NCBI GenBank assembly: GCA_965248055.1
Contig: CBDFIJ010000004.1
Location: 1,696,001-1,760,000, forward strand
Length of the DNA: 64,000 nt
From: Candidatus Multivoradales bacterium
Lineage (GTDB): Bacteria > Acidobacteriota > Thermoanaerobaculia > Multivoradales > JAHEKO01
Direction of reading: 5' to 3'
Shown: piece by piece, positions 38,047 to 48,995 of the stretch
Numbering within the stretch: position 1 is the stretch's first letter
Layout: each line of letters begins with the position of its first letter
The notes under the pieces: generated by a model
Told to the model about the DNA's origin: nothing
The model's database searches: none
What the model saw: the letters and a program-made list of their open reading frames with translations, nothing else
Translations under genes and position numbers: made by a program

Positions 38047-40503
38047 ATGAAAAACCTGCAAAAACTGGCCTGGGCCCTTTCAATCATTGGCGCCCTCTTT
38101 CTAGCCCAGACCTCTGCTGCCCAGCAGGATGAAGAGGCTACCGAAGAGACAGCTACCGAAGCCACGGCCACCGCAGAAGATGACGCAGCAGCCCAAGAAG
38201 CGCTGGAAGCCATCTCAGACTCGATCGTCGTCCTCGGCACGCGGAGTACTGAGCCGCGTTCGGTCGTCGATTCGCCGGTACCTATCGACGTAATCCAGGC
38301 TGAGGACTTCAATTCTCTTGGCAATTCGGCAGATCTGACCGACAATCTAAGAACGCTGGTGCCTTCTTACACGGCTACCCCAGCTACGGGAGACGGTAGT
38401 GCGTTTGTGCGCCCCACTTCTTTGCGCGGCCTAGCTCCGGATCAAGTTCTGGTCCTGGTTAATGGCAAGAGACGGCATCGTTCTGCCTTGGTGCATGTCT
38501 TCGCGCCAGCTGCGGGCAACGGGGCCCACGGCGTGGATGTCGGCATGATCCCTGGCATCGCCATCCGCCAGGTAGAAGTGCTGAGAGATGGTGCTGCTGC
38601 GCAATACGGATCGGACGCTATCGCCGGTGTCATGAACTTTGAGTTGAGGGACGATTCGGAAGGCACCGAAGTGCAGCTCCAGTTTGGCGAACATTACGAA
38701 GGTGAGCAGAGCTTGAAGGTCGGCGTCAATACTGGCTTCGCACTGCCCAACAACGGATTCGTCAACATCAGCCTGGAGTCGGTCGACAATGATGCGCTAT
38801 CTCGCGGTGTGCAGCGCCCCGACGCTCAAGCACTGATTAACGCTGGGGTTCCTGGAGTTGGTTCGGATGCGCCTTTCGGCGATGCCCCGTTGGTGCAGAG
38901 CTGGGGTCGTCCCGAAACCAGCGGCACCAGACTGTTTATCAATTCCGGTTGGTTGGTCGGCGACAACTCACAGTTCTACTTTCATGGTGGCTTGGGCGAC
39001 ACCGAGGGTCGATACCGGTTCTTCTATCGCCCGCCCAACCACTCGAGTTTGGCTCCGTTGCGCGCCCAAGGTTTTACCGGCCTGCCGGCTGGCTTCACGC
39101 CTTTCTTGGACGGCGATCAGACCGATCTCAGCCTAGTCACCGGGCTGACAGGTCTTTTTGGCAATGGCACCACCTACGATTTCAGCGTCGGTTACGGCAA
39201 GAACGAGTTGGATTATTTCCTCAATAATACGATCAACCCAGCGGTCGGCTTGTCGGGCGGACAGCCGGCTCAAATAGATTACGATGTCGGTGGTCTGGAG
39301 CAGGAAGAGCTCAATTTCAACGCCGATTTCTTCAGGTCGCTCGGAGACAACCTGGGCCTCGGCTTTGGAGCCGAGTGGCGGGAGGAGACTTTCGTCCTGG
39401 TGCCCGGTGAGCCAAACTCATACCTAGGCCCTGGCTCCAGTGGTTTTCGCGGGTTCTCGCCTGCGAACTCCGGATCATTCTCTCGCGACAACATTGCGGT
39501 TTACGCCGATCTCGAGCACGATGTCAGCGAGCAACTATTTGTACAGTACGCACTGCGCTTCGAGGATTTCTCCGACTTTGGTAGCACCGTCAACGGCAAA
39601 ATTGCTACCCGATACACCGTCAGCGACACCTTTACTTTTCGTGGCGCGGTGTCGACCGGGTTTCACGCCCCCACGCCAGGTCAGGCCAACTATCAGCAAA
39701 CCATCACCACCTTTGATGGCGCGACCGGTTTACAGGTTGAAGAAGGCTTAGTGCCTTCGACCAGTCCATTGGTAGCAGCAGTGGGTGGAGCGGCATTAAC
39801 CGAAGAAACGTCAGTCAATTTCAGCGCCGGATTCACCAAAAATATTGGTGAGCGAACCCTGCTCACGGTCGACGCCTATTTGATTCAGGTCGATGATCGA
39901 ATCTACCGCACCGGCGACATTCCAGTACCTGGAACAATCAGTCAGACGATCTCGTTTTATACCAATGCTCTGGAAATCGAGTCTCAGGGGATCGATGTAG
40001 TGCTCAGTTCAGGTTTCGACTGGGGCTCGAGCGCTCAGACGGACTGGACGTTAATCTTCAATCTGAATGACTTTGAAGTCGTCGGCCAGACACCCGTCTC
40101 GGGAGTCAACCCGGTCAGTGCCTCGACGATCGAAGACATCGAGAACAATTACCCAGGTGAGCGTTTTGTCTTAAGCGCCAATACCACCTTTGCCGAGGAT
40201 TGGAATGTGTTGGCTCGCGTCAATTACTACGGCAAGCACTTCGACGAGCGTGGAACCATCGGTGCGGCGGTTAACCCATCCTTTGAGATCGGCGCGACCT
40301 CGTACATTGACCTTGAAATCGGCTACAACATCAACGAAAACTTTCGCCTCGCTTTGGGCGCGGCCAACGTCTTCGATGAGTTCGTTGACGAGATCAATCC
40401 ACCATTCGCCAACCGGCAGAGCGTGGGCCTTCAATATCCACGGCGAAGCGCTGCTAACTATGAGGGCGGATCGTTGTACTTGAAAAGCACCTTCAAATTC
40501 TAG
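38047..40503 (+). CDS. TonB-dependent receptor
   Basis: TonB box-like DSIVVLGTR, LRGL.PDQVLVLVNGKR, EVLRDGAAAQYGSDAIAGV, terminal F. Confidence 0.93.
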   Translation: MKNLQKLAWALSIIGALFLAQTSAAQQDEEATEETATEATATAEDDAAAQEALEAISDSIVVLGTRSTEPRSVVDSPVPIDVIQAEDFNSLGNSADLTDNLRTLVPSYTATPATGDGSAFVRPTSLRGLAPDQVLVLVNGKRRHRSALVHVFAPAAGNGAHGVDVGMIPGIAIRQVEVLRDGAAAQYGSDAIAGVMNFELRDDSEGTEVQLQFGEHYEGEQSLKVGVNTGFALPNNGFVNISLESVDNDALSRGVQRPDAQALINAGVPGVGSDAPFGDAPLVQSWGRPETSGTRLFINSGWLVGDNSQFYFHGGLGDTEGRYRFFYRPPNHSSLAPLRAQGFTGLPAGFTPFLDGDQTDLSLVTGLTGLFGNGTTYDFSVGYGKNELDYFLNNTINPAVGLSGGQPAQIDYDVGGLEQEELNFNADFFRSLGDNLGLGFGAEWREETFVLVPGEPNSYLGPGSSGFRGFSPANSGSFSRDNIAVYADLEHDVSEQLFVQYALRFEDFSDFGSTVNGKIATRYTVSDTFTFRGAVSTGFHAPTPGQANYQQTITTFDGATGLQVEEGLVPSTSPLVAAVGGAALTEETSVNFSAGFTKNIGERTLLTVDAYLIQVDDRIYRTGDIPVPGTISQTISFYTNALEIESQGIDVVLSSGFDWGSSAQTDWTLIFNLNDFEVVGQTPVSGVNPVSASTIEDIENNYPGERFVLSANTTFAEDWNVLARVNYYGKHFDERGTIGAAVNPSFEIGATSYIDLEIGYNINENFRLALGAANVFDEFVDEINPPFANRQSVGLQYPRRSAANYEGGSLYLKSTFKF

Positions 40504-40522
40504 ACGGTCGAACTTATTGAAC

Positions 40523-40562
40523 AAAAGGCCGATCGTTGTATGGCGATCGGCCTTTTCTTTTC
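40523..40562. terminator. Bidirectional intrinsic terminator
   Basis: AAAAGGCCGATCG-ttgtatgg-CGATCGGCCTTTT between convergent genes. Confidence 0.85.
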
Positions 40563-40680
40563 GCCAAACGGCGATCGTCTTTCCACGGCTGCTTAGCGCC
40601 GAGCGCCTCCGGCACAGCTTGACGTGGTCTTGGTGACAGCCTCAAGTCCACCCGAGGATGGACCCACGCCGCCAATCAAA

Positions 40681-41214
40681 CTACCGTCGGCGCGAAAACA
40701 CACGACCCAGGCTACCTGGATTCTGGCGTCCAGCTTGACGCTGCATCTCTTCGATCGACTTGGGACGGTTAGGCGTTGCCGTTTCGCCCTGGGCTTGGCG
40801 CAGTTCCAAGGCATACTGATTCACTGCCCGCATCAAATCGCGCCGAGCCAGGCGACCAGTCAAGCGAGTTTCATTAACCACTGGAAGAGAGGCGAAATTA
40901 CAGCGCAGAAATACTTCGGTCGCTTGTCCTAGATTCATATCCTCACGGATGGTCTCGCGAGCTTCTGACATGAAATGGTGCACTGTGCCACTCTGGAATT
41001 GATCGTCGTAGGCGCCAGCGGTGAGCATTCGCAAGCAGTCCTTCTCGGTCAGCAGTCCCAACAACTGGCCTTCTGGGTTGACCACCGGAGCCGCAATCGC
41101 TTCTTTCTTGAGTAACTGATCCACCGCGTGGTGGATCTCTGTGTCCGGGTAAAGCACCAGACGAACCGGTGTGATTAACGGTTGGATCGAAGGGCTCGGC
41201 AGCTCAGCTTTCAA
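40681..41214 (-). CDS. CBS-domain protein
   Basis: APVVNPEGQLLGLLTEKDCL, LPVV..RLTG.LARRDL; TTG start overlapping the nqrM stop. Confidence 0.8.
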   Translation of the reverse strand: MKAELPSPSIQPLITPVRLVLYPDTEIHHAVDQLLKKEAIAAPVVNPEGQLLGLLTEKDCLRMLTAGAYDDQFQSGTVHHFMSEARETIREDMNLGQATEVFLRCNFASLPVVNETRLTGRLARRDLMRAVNQYALELRQAQGETATPNRPKSIEEMQRQAGRQNPGSLGRVFSRRR

Positions 41215-41420
41215 GCGGTGGTCTCCGACGCGGACTGTTCGCGCATCTCCGACAAGCCGCAGCCGCAGTTGCTGCACACGATGACTTCTCCGTCCGGTGC
41301 AACGATCCCTTCGGCGCCGCCGCATGAGCCCTGGAGTGGCCGACGTCCGAACATCACGCCAACAGCCATCGCTAGCATGATGACCAAAATCACACCTATT
41401 GTGAGTAGTACCAATGTCAT
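41211..41420 (-). CDS. nqrM: Na+-NQR maturation factor NqrM (DUF539)
   Basis: TM helix followed by MAVGVMFGRRPLQGSCGG...CSNCGC. Confidence 0.85.
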   Translation of the reverse strand: MTLVLLTIGVILVIMLAMAVGVMFGRRPLQGSCGGAEGIVAPDGEVIVCSNCGCGLSEMREQSASETTA

Positions 41421-41487
41421 AGTCCGCCCATCGTAACGGAACCTTCAGAGAACCGTTACGTTTCCAACACAATCGTCAGGAGTTTTT

Positions 41488-43209
41488 ATGGCCCGTTATT
41501 GGTCTTCAGTCTCTTGGTTTGCGTTATTAGCCTTGATATCGGTGGCCTCGGCCAGCGCGATCAGCGCTCAAGAGCACCTAGTTAGCTACTTCGGAATCGT
41601 AGGAGAGGATGCGGCATCTGGGCTATCGGTCTCAGTCAATACTGCGGCTCTGGCAGTGGACCCCGCTTTCCTGTTGATCGAGCTGCCGGACCACACCACA
41701 CGCACCGCAGTGCGCGATGGAGCGGAGAGAAGGTCCGCCACCAGCTTAGTTTGGCGCGGTCGATTCGAAGGTCAAAAATCGAGTAGAGTGGTACTGACCC
41801 TGCACGGAGAGCATGTGGTCGGTCGCTTTGACGGTCTTGATCCACTCTTTGTTCTCGAACCGACCCAAATTGGGCATCGGTTTGAAGCGGCAGGTCTACG
41901 CGCGTACGACCCGGCGGGAGAACCACTACCGGCTCGCACCAACTCCGGAATTCTCCAACCATCTCTAGCCAGCGTCGATCCGGTTGATGGCATCGATGTC
42001 ATGGTGGTTTATAGCCCAGAGGCACGAATTGGAGCTGGTGGCACCAACCAGATTGAAGCCATTGCTCAAGCAGCCGTGGACAACACCAATACCGCTTTTA
42101 TCGACAGCGACATGAATGCACGCTTCGTCTTGGTCCATACCTCAGAGACCGTTCGCTCCGAGGTCGGTGGCAGCCTAAGCGCTGATCTGGAATGGGTGGC
42201 CTCCAACGCCGGGGTCGCAGCGCTGCGCGATCTGCACAAAGCCGACATGGTCGGCCTGCTGGTCAACAGCGGCAGCTACTGTGGCCGTGGATACGTTATG
42301 CGCAATCCAGAGGCAGGATTTGAAGACTCGGCTTTTCAGGTGACCAAACGTAGTTGCGCAGTCGGCAACCTAACCTACGCCCATGAACACGGCCACAACC
42401 TGGGGTTTGAACACGACCCAGCCAACGGACCCAACCCAGCCAATGCCTCCTACCCGTGGTCTTTCGGCCACTTCGTCAACGGCTCTTACCGCACCGTAAT
42501 GTCGTACTCGAATCAATGTGGCTCGGGCTGCAGCCGGGCACCCCATTTTTCTAACCCCAGTGTCGCCCACAATGGAACCGCTACCGGCATTGCCAATCAG
42601 CGCGACAACGCCCGGAGCGGTGACTCGGTGGCACCCATCGTGACCGACTTTCGATTGAGGGACGCACCGCCTGATCTCATCGTCAATGGCTTGAACGTGT
42701 CGGACTCGACTCCAGCAACGGACCAGAGTGTGACCGTCAGCGCGACGGTGGAAAATCAAGGAGCCAGCAACTCCGACGCCACTACGCTGCGCTACTACCG
42801 CTCTAGCGACACCTCGATCTCGACCGCTGACACCGAGATGTCATCAGACTCCGTGGCCTCCCTCAACGCGGGTGACATCGCTTCTTTGAGCGACGTCAAC
42901 ACCATAGCCACGGCAGGAACCTACTGGGTGGGAGCCTGCGTGGACAGTGTTGTCAACGAAAGCGATACTGCCAACAACTGCTCACCCGGGGTTCAAGTCG
43001 TGGTTCACGACCCTTGCACCGAGGACATAACGGTCCAGAACGAAACCGTCTCCGGAGTTGTTAACCACCAGTCTTGCTCCATCCTTCGGGTGGGACCGGA
43101 CTGGACTGTGACCTCGACCGGCGATGCGACCCTACAAGCGAAAGGCCAGGTCATTTTGTACAACGGCATTTCTGTTCAGTCTGGAGGTCAGTTAACCGTC
43201 TCGGACTGA
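41488..43209 (+). CDS. Secreted reprolysin-like (M12B) Zn metalloprotease with CARDB domain
   Basis: HEHGHNLGFEH, Met-turn TVMSY, FSNP; PDL.V...V.NQG...YYRS...ESDTANN. Confidence 0.88.
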   Translation: MARYWSSVSWFALLALISVASASAISAQEHLVSYFGIVGEDAASGLSVSVNTAALAVDPAFLLIELPDHTTRTAVRDGAERRSATSLVWRGRFEGQKSSRVVLTLHGEHVVGRFDGLDPLFVLEPTQIGHRFEAAGLRAYDPAGEPLPARTNSGILQPSLASVDPVDGIDVMVVYSPEARIGAGGTNQIEAIAQAAVDNTNTAFIDSDMNARFVLVHTSETVRSEVGGSLSADLEWVASNAGVAALRDLHKADMVGLLVNSGSYCGRGYVMRNPEAGFEDSAFQVTKRSCAVGNLTYAHEHGHNLGFEHDPANGPNPANASYPWSFGHFVNGSYRTVMSYSNQCGSGCSRAPHFSNPSVAHNGTATGIANQRDNARSGDSVAPIVTDFRLRDAPPDLIVNGLNVSDSTPATDQSVTVSATVENQGASNSDATTLRYYRSSDTSISTADTEMSSDSVASLNAGDIASLSDVNTIATAGTYWVGACVDSVVNESDTANNCSPGVQVVVHDPCTEDITVQNETVSGVVNHQSCSILRVGPDWTVTSTGDATLQAKGQVILYNGISVQSGGQLTVSD

Positions 43210-43229
43210 ACAGACTGAATCGGAGAAAG

Positions 43230-44330
43230 CTAGGGTGTGCTTTCCGTTTGGGGCCATGAACCCACAGTCGTCTCGACATAGCCATCGCGAGAATGCTCGA
43301 CAAAAAGCGCGGTTAGCCCCTGTCTTGTTGCCAACACAGCCCCCTCTTGGGGACCGATCGCAAACAATGCGGTGGCCCAAGCGTCAGCGGTCATGCAATC
43401 GTCCGCCAAGACGCTGACCGACGCTCCACGATGTGCCACAGGTTTCCCAGATCGAGGATCAAAAACGTGCGCTACCTGCTGCCCGTGTACTTGACGGAAG
43501 TTTCGATAGTCACCGGAAGTGGCCAAGGCACGATTGTTCAGAGTGACTATTCGCTGGGCCGAACCAGAACCATCCGGCCGCTCGATCGCTACGCGCCAAC
43601 TCCGTTGCACGTCAGGCCTGCCTGACGCGCGCAACTCGCCACCCACTTCAACTAAGACTTCGGTGAAAGACAGCTCAAGAAGTGCTTTGTACACTTGATC
43701 CACGGCATAGCCTTTGGCGATCGCGGAAAGATTGACCGTCAACGCCGGATGCGCTTTACGGGCACGACTGTGGCCCGGATCCAACAGCAACTTGTCATAG
43801 CCAACGCGCTCGATCAGCTCGGCCAATCGATCCTTGTCGACCACTTCCGGCTCGCGGCCAAACCCCCAGGCTTCGATCAATGGCGCAACCGTGATATCAA
43901 AGGCGCCCTCGCTGGCTCTCGCTATCTCTTGGCTGCGTTGGAGAACGGTAAAAGTGGCCGCGGAAAAATCAAAGGGCTCCTGCGATAGCCATCGATTGAA
44001 CTGAGAAATCTCTGAGTCCGCCCGGTAGGTCGACATCTTTGCGTCGACCTCGGCGAGAGCATTGCCAATCGCTTGATCAACCTGTTCAAACTCCACAGCT
44101 TGGGAAGCTTGTGCTGATGGAGACACCACCACGCGATAGGTGGTACCCATGGTCGAACCAGAAAAAACCCAGGGTTCGCTGAATTTGAGATCAGCAGATT
44201 GTTGGGCGGTTTCTCGGTCGATGGCCTCAGATTGACTGCATCCTGCGAATACAAAAAACGCGGCGAGCATCGAGATACCGCCGCGCCGCAAGAGTCGTTG
44301 TGTCAACTCCCGAGAATCAACCAAAGTCAT
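43230..44330 (-). CDS. apbE: FAD:protein FMN transferase ApbE
   Basis: [41 protein letters not shown]. Confidence 0.93.
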   Translation of the reverse strand: MTLVDSRELTQRLLRRGGISMLAAFFVFAGCSQSEAIDRETAQQSADLKFSEPWVFSGSTMGTTYRVVVSPSAQASQAVEFEQVDQAIGNALAEVDAKMSTYRADSEISQFNRWLSQEPFDFSAATFTVLQRSQEIARASEGAFDITVAPLIEAWGFGREPEVVDKDRLAELIERVGYDKLLLDPGHSRARKAHPALTVNLSAIAKGYAVDQVYKALLELSFTEVLVEVGGELRASGRPDVQRSWRVAIERPDGSGSAQRIVTLNNRALATSGDYRNFRQVHGQQVAHVFDPRSGKPVAHRGASVSVLADDCMTADAWATALFAIGPQEGAVLATRQGLTALFVEHSRDGYVETTVGSWPQTESTP

Positions 44331-45540
44331 CGAACAAGATGTTCTCTGGCTCCACTCCCAACCCGTCCAGCATGTTCATGCAAGCCTTGAGCATCATCGG
44401 CGGACCGCAAAGATAGTACTCAATGTCCTCGGGCGCCGGATGGTCTTTGAGGTAATTGTCATAGGCAACTTGGTGAATAAATCCGGTCAAGCCATCCCAG
44501 TTGTCTTCGGGCTGCGGTTCCGACATCGCCAAATGCCACTTGAAATTCGGATTTTCCCCAGCGATCGAATCGAAGTGATCTTGATAAAAGGCTTCTGTGA
44601 GACTGCGTGCGCCGTACCAAAAGGTCACCTTACGATCGCTGTGCAATCGCTTGAATTGGTCGAAGATGTGGGAGCGCATCGGCGCCATTCCTGCGCCACC
44701 GCCGATGAACATCATCTCGGCCTCGGTGTCCTTGGCAAAAAACTCGCCGAACGGACCGCTGATGGTGACCTCGTCGCCCGGTTTGAGGTTGAAGATGTAC
44801 GAAGACATCTTCCCTGGAGGTAAGTCCGGTGTTCTGGGAGGAGGTGAAGCGATGCGCACATTGAGCATGATGATGCCGCTTTCTTCGGGATAGTTCGCCA
44901 TCGAGTAAGCGCGGGTCACCGGTTCATCCACGTTGGATACATACCGCCACATGTTGAAGTGGTCCCAGGTACCCCGGTACTCGTCTTCGACGTCAAAGTC
45001 GGAATAATTGACCACGTGTTCCGGCGCCTCGATTTGAATATAGCCACCAGCGCGAAACGGCACTGCCTCGCCAGCGGGCAGCTCCAGCACCAGTTCTTTG
45101 ATGAAGGTGGCCACGTTGTGGTTCGAGCGTACATTGCAGTTCCAACGGCGCACCGAGAAGATCTCTGGTGGTAACGCTATTTTGAGGTCATTCTTAACCT
45201 TGACCTGGCAGGAAAGCCGTACTCCGTTTGCCGCCTCGGCGCGAGAAATATGCCCCTCTTCGGTGGCAAGAAGGGCACCGCCTCCTTCTTGTACTTCGAC
45301 GGTGCAGACACCACAACTGCCTTTGCCACCACACGCCGAGGGGATGAAAATCTTGTTCGCTGCCAAGGTACCCAGCAGCGTCGATCCGGCCTGAGTCTTG
45401 AGCGCTTTGTCCGGGTCGTCATTCACAGTGATGGTCACTTCGCCGGTGGAAACCAAGCGCGAACGAGCCGCCATCAACACCGCCACCAGGGCGAGAATGA
45501 TGCCGGTGAACATCAAGACTGCTAGCAGGATGGTATTCAT
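44317..45540 (-). CDS. nqrF: Na+-NQR subunit F
   Basis: [47 protein letters not shown]. Confidence 0.97.
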   Translation of the reverse strand: MNTILLAVLMFTGIILALVAVLMAARSRLVSTGEVTITVNDDPDKALKTQAGSTLLGTLAANKIFIPSACGGKGSCGVCTVEVQEGGGALLATEEGHISRAEAANGVRLSCQVKVKNDLKIALPPEIFSVRRWNCNVRSNHNVATFIKELVLELPAGEAVPFRAGGYIQIEAPEHVVNYSDFDVEDEYRGTWDHFNMWRYVSNVDEPVTRAYSMANYPEESGIIMLNVRIASPPPRTPDLPPGKMSSYIFNLKPGDEVTISGPFGEFFAKDTEAEMMFIGGGAGMAPMRSHIFDQFKRLHSDRKVTFWYGARSLTEAFYQDHFDSIAGENPNFKWHLAMSEPQPEDNWDGLTGFIHQVAYDNYLKDHPAPEDIEYYLCGPPMMLKACMNMLDGLGVEPENILFDDFG

Positions 45541-45558
45541 CGCAGTCTCACCGTCGGC

Positions 45559-46176
45559 TTAGAGTTGAACCCCAGCAAATGCCATGAAGCCAATCGCCAT
45601 CAGCCCGGTCAAGATGAACGCCATACCCAAACCGCGCAGCCCTTTGGGTACATTGGAGTACCGCATCCGCTCACGGATCGAAGCCAAAGCTATGATCGCC
45701 AGCGCCCAACCAATTCCTGAGCCGAAACCAAAGACAACACTTTCGCCAAAGGTGTAATCGCGCTCAACCATGAATAGCGAGGCGCCCAGGATCGCGCAGT
45801 TGACCGCGATCAACGGCAAAAAGACGCCCAACGCCGAATACAGTTTCGGTGCGTAGCGATCCAGCACCATCTCGACGATCTGCACCGCAGCGGCGATGGT
45901 GCCGATGTAGGTCAAGAATCCGAGAAAACCCAAGTCATACTGAGCCAAGCTCGGGCTGAGCCAAGCCAAGCCGCCTTCGCGAAGCAAGTAGTTGTAAATC
46001 AAGTTGTTCATCGGCACCGTCAGGCCGAGAACAAAAATCACCGCGGAACCCAGACCGATCGCGGTCTCAACCTTCTTCGACACCGCCAAGAACGAACACA
46101 TGCCGAGGAAAAAGGCCAAGGCCATGTTCTCGACAAAGATCGACTTCACCGCCAGGCTGAGGTAATGCTCAAGCAT
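45559..46176 (-). CDS. nqrE: Na+-NQR subunit E
   Basis: [29 protein letters not shown]. Confidence 0.96.
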   Translation of the reverse strand: MLEHYLSLAVKSIFVENMALAFFLGMCSFLAVSKKVETAIGLGSAVIFVLGLTVPMNNLIYNYLLREGGLAWLSPSLAQYDLGFLGFLTYIGTIAAAVQIVEMVLDRYAPKLYSALGVFLPLIAVNCAILGASLFMVERDYTFGESVVFGFGSGIGWALAIIALASIRERMRYSNVPKGLRGLGMAFILTGLMAIGFMAFAGVQL

Positions 46177-46184
46177 GGCAAGCC

Positions 46185-46345
46185 TCGGTGATTCGGCCCG
46201 TTCGTCGCGAAAGTTCAAAGATGCTTCCAGTCGCAAGGCGACCGAGCGAGCCTGACGCAGGCGTATTCGCTGCAATACGTCGAGGAGGGCGAGTAATGGG
46301 CAACGCAGCGAATGGCGGCATATTCATCCTTGCAGTAAAACGCTG
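46185..46345. repeat. ERIC/MITE-like palindromic insert between nqrD and nqrE (ends approximate)
   Basis: Minus strand CTGCGTTG...CGTATT-gcagcg-AATACG...CGCCTTG layout; 185-bp gap where nqrD-nqrE are normally adjacent. Confidence 0.55.
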
Positions 46346-46361
46346 GTAGATCATCGAGGCC

Positions 46362-46982
46362 TCAGTCCTCCTCAACCTGTTCCGGCTTCCACACCCGGAG
46401 ACCCCAGATCAGGAAACCGATGATGAAGAACGCTCCGGGAGATAACACCATCAAACCATTCGGGTTGTACCAACCACCTTCAGAGTTGAGCGGCAGGAAT
46501 TGATAACCAAACAACGACCCAGAACCGAAAAACTCACGGATCGCAGCGGTGATCATTAGGATCAAGGAATAGCCAAGGCCGTTGCCGATGCCATCGGTAA
46601 TCGACGCCCCCGGCGGATTTTGCATGGCGAACGCTTCGGCCCGACCCATGACAATACAGTTGGTGATGATCAAGCCGACAAACACCGAAAGCTGTTTGGA
46701 AATATCGTAGACAAAGGCTTTGAGGATCTGGTCAGCGACGATCACCAAGGAAGCGATGATGGTCAGTTGGACGATGATTCGAATATTGGTCGGGATTAGG
46801 TTGCGCAGCACACTGACAAAAAAATTCGACAGCGTCAGGACAAAGATCACCGCCAGGCTCATCACCAAGGCGGTATCCATTTTGGTGGTTACCGCCAACG
46901 CCGAGCAGATCCCGAGAACCTGCAGGGCGATCGGGTTGTTGTTGAACAACGGATCGAGGAGGACGTCGCGCGACTTGCTCAC
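46362..46982 (-). CDS. nqrD: Na+-NQR subunit D
   Basis: [33 protein letters not shown]. Confidence 0.96.
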   Translation of the reverse strand: MSKSRDVLLDPLFNNNPIALQVLGICSALAVTTKMDTALVMSLAVIFVLTLSNFFVSVLRNLIPTNIRIIVQLTIIASLVIVADQILKAFVYDISKQLSVFVGLIITNCIVMGRAEAFAMQNPPGASITDGIGNGLGYSLILMITAAIREFFGSGSLFGYQFLPLNSEGGWYNPNGLMVLSPGAFFIIGFLIWGLRVWKPEQVEED

Positions 46983-47785
46983 TAAACCGCCTCCTCAAGA
47001 TCGGTCGCTGATGTCTGTTGACGCTCCAGCCGCTCCAGGTAAGGGCTAAAGCCTTCCTCACTGAGCCAGAAACGAATGAGGTTGGTGACCCCACGACTGG
47101 TGATGGTGGCACCGGACAATCCATCGACGCGATGAGGATCTTGCTCAGCGCTCCCTGCGCGGCCCTTGATCACCTCAATGATCGCTTCACCACCTTGATC
47201 GAAGATCTGGCGACCGGGCCACAGGCTCTTCCAGCGTGGATTGTCGACCTCGCCTCCCAGTCCTGGGGTTTCGCGATGGTCGTAGAAAGTCAGCCCGCGT
47301 ACCGTGGAAAGGTCCGAGTCCAAAGCCACGAAGCCATACAGCGTTGACCACAGCCCTTTGCCTTCGACTGGCAAAATGACCATGTCGAGCGCGCCGTTGT
47401 CATCCAACAATTCATAGACCAGAGCGCTGTTGGGAAGGCGCTGCAGCTGCGCCCGGTTGGATGGCACCCGGTGGCTGGTGCTGGGGTCAGTGGTGGATTT
47501 CTTTTGGTCAAAAGTTCGAGGATCGATCTCGGGAGCTTCGTCGCCGGTCTCCAGATCGATCACTTTCATTTGGATCGAGGCGAAGCGTTGCTCAACCTGC
47601 TCAGCCGTCAGCTTTTCGTCTTCTTGTTTGAGACCCGCCGCCAGCAGCACGTTTTGTTGCTTGTCGAGGGTCGCGTTCTCATCTTGCCGGTCCTTGAGAG
47701 ACACCGCCGAGCCAGCAACGATCACCCCGCAAACAACGCACACCGCGGCGGCAAACAGCAAGGTATAGAGCACGCTACGCTGCAT
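46982..47785 (-). CDS. nqrC: Na+-NQR subunit C
   Basis: [21 protein letters not shown] site [10 protein letters not shown]. Confidence 0.96.
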   Translation of the reverse strand: MQRSVLYTLLFAAAVCVVCGVIVAGSAVSLKDRQDENATLDKQQNVLLAAGLKQEDEKLTAEQVEQRFASIQMKVIDLETGDEAPEIDPRTFDQKKSTTDPSTSHRVPSNRAQLQRLPNSALVYELLDDNGALDMVILPVEGKGLWSTLYGFVALDSDLSTVRGLTFYDHRETPGLGGEVDNPRWKSLWPGRQIFDQGGEAIIEVIKGRAGSAEQDPHRVDGLSGATITSRGVTNLIRFWLSEEGFSPYLERLERQQTSATDLEEAV

Positions 47786-48995
47786 AACGCGCCTTCCTCA
47801 GACGAATGTTGCGGCGAACCACAAAGTAATCAATGGTGGCGGCGAACACGTTCATCAACAGAATCGAAAGCATCATGCCTTCCGGATAGGCTGGGTTGAT
47901 CACCCGAATCAAGATTGCAAACACCCCCACCAGCACACCGTAGATCCAGCGACCACGCTGGGTCTGGGCTGCCGACACCGGATCGGTGGCCATGAACACC
48001 GCGCCAAAAGCCCAGCCGCCTAACACCACATGCCACCAGATCGGCATTTCAAAAAACGGATTGGTCTCAGAACCAACAAAGTTGAGCAATCCCGCGGTCA
48101 AAGTAGAGCCAATCAATACCCCGGCCATGATGCGCCATGAGCCGACTCTCGAGGCGATCAAAATCACTGCACCAACCAAACAGGCCAATGCAGAGGTCTC
48201 ACCCATCGACCCCGGAATCAACCCCAGGAAGGCGTCCCACCATTCGACTCCAGCGGTGATCGCTGCCTGACCGTTCTCAGCGGCAGTCGCCAGCAAGGTT
48301 GCGCCAGAAACCGCGTCTGTAGCCGTATTGGAGGCGATCCACACCCGATCCCCGGAAATCTCGGCCGGGTAAGCAAAGAACAAGAAGGCCCTGGCGGTCA
48401 GCGCTGGATTGAGAATGTTCATTCCCGTTCCACCAAAGACTTCTTTACCTATGACCACACCAAAGCTAATCCCCAGAGCGACCTGCCACAAAGGAATGGT
48501 CGGCGGCAGAATCAAAGGGAAGAGCATCCAGGTGACCAGGAAACCCTCGTTGATATCGTGCTTGCGTACCACCGCAAACACCCCTTCCCACAAGCCACCT
48601 GCAGCCAGGGTGACCAAAACCACCGGCAGGTAGTAGAACCCACCGTGAACCATGCAGGCCCAGAGATCGCTGGGGTCAAAACTCATCCCCATGCTGGTCA
48701 TCAAATCGGTACGCCAGTTGTCGAGCGGCTGGGCGCCGGCGGCGATCGCCCGGTGGATCTGGAATCCGGTGTTGTACATCGCCATCGCGACGCAACCCAT
48801 GAGTGCCACCACAACGACACTCATCATCCGCTTCAAATCCAGCCCGTCGCGAACGTGCGCAGCCCCCTTGGTTACCGAGCCAGGGGTGTAGAGAAAGGTG
48901 TCATTGGCTTCCCAGAACGGATACAGCTTGGCTAGCTTCCCGCCCGGGCGGAAGTGCTGTTCTTGGCCATCCAGCCAACGACGTAAGCCCTTCAT
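47775..48995 (-). CDS. nqrB: Na+-NQR subunit B
   Basis: [41 protein letters not shown]. Confidence 0.96.
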   Translation of the reverse strand: MKGLRRWLDGQEQHFRPGGKLAKLYPFWEANDTFLYTPGSVTKGAAHVRDGLDLKRMMSVVVVALMGCVAMAMYNTGFQIHRAIAAGAQPLDNWRTDLMTSMGMSFDPSDLWACMVHGGFYYLPVVLVTLAAGGLWEGVFAVVRKHDINEGFLVTWMLFPLILPPTIPLWQVALGISFGVVIGKEVFGGTGMNILNPALTARAFLFFAYPAEISGDRVWIASNTATDAVSGATLLATAAENGQAAITAGVEWWDAFLGLIPGSMGETSALACLVGAVILIASRVGSWRIMAGVLIGSTLTAGLLNFVGSETNPFFEMPIWWHVVLGGWAFGAVFMATDPVSAAQTQRGRWIYGVLVGVFAILIRVINPAYPEGMMLSILLMNVFAATIDYFVVRRNIRLRKARYAA

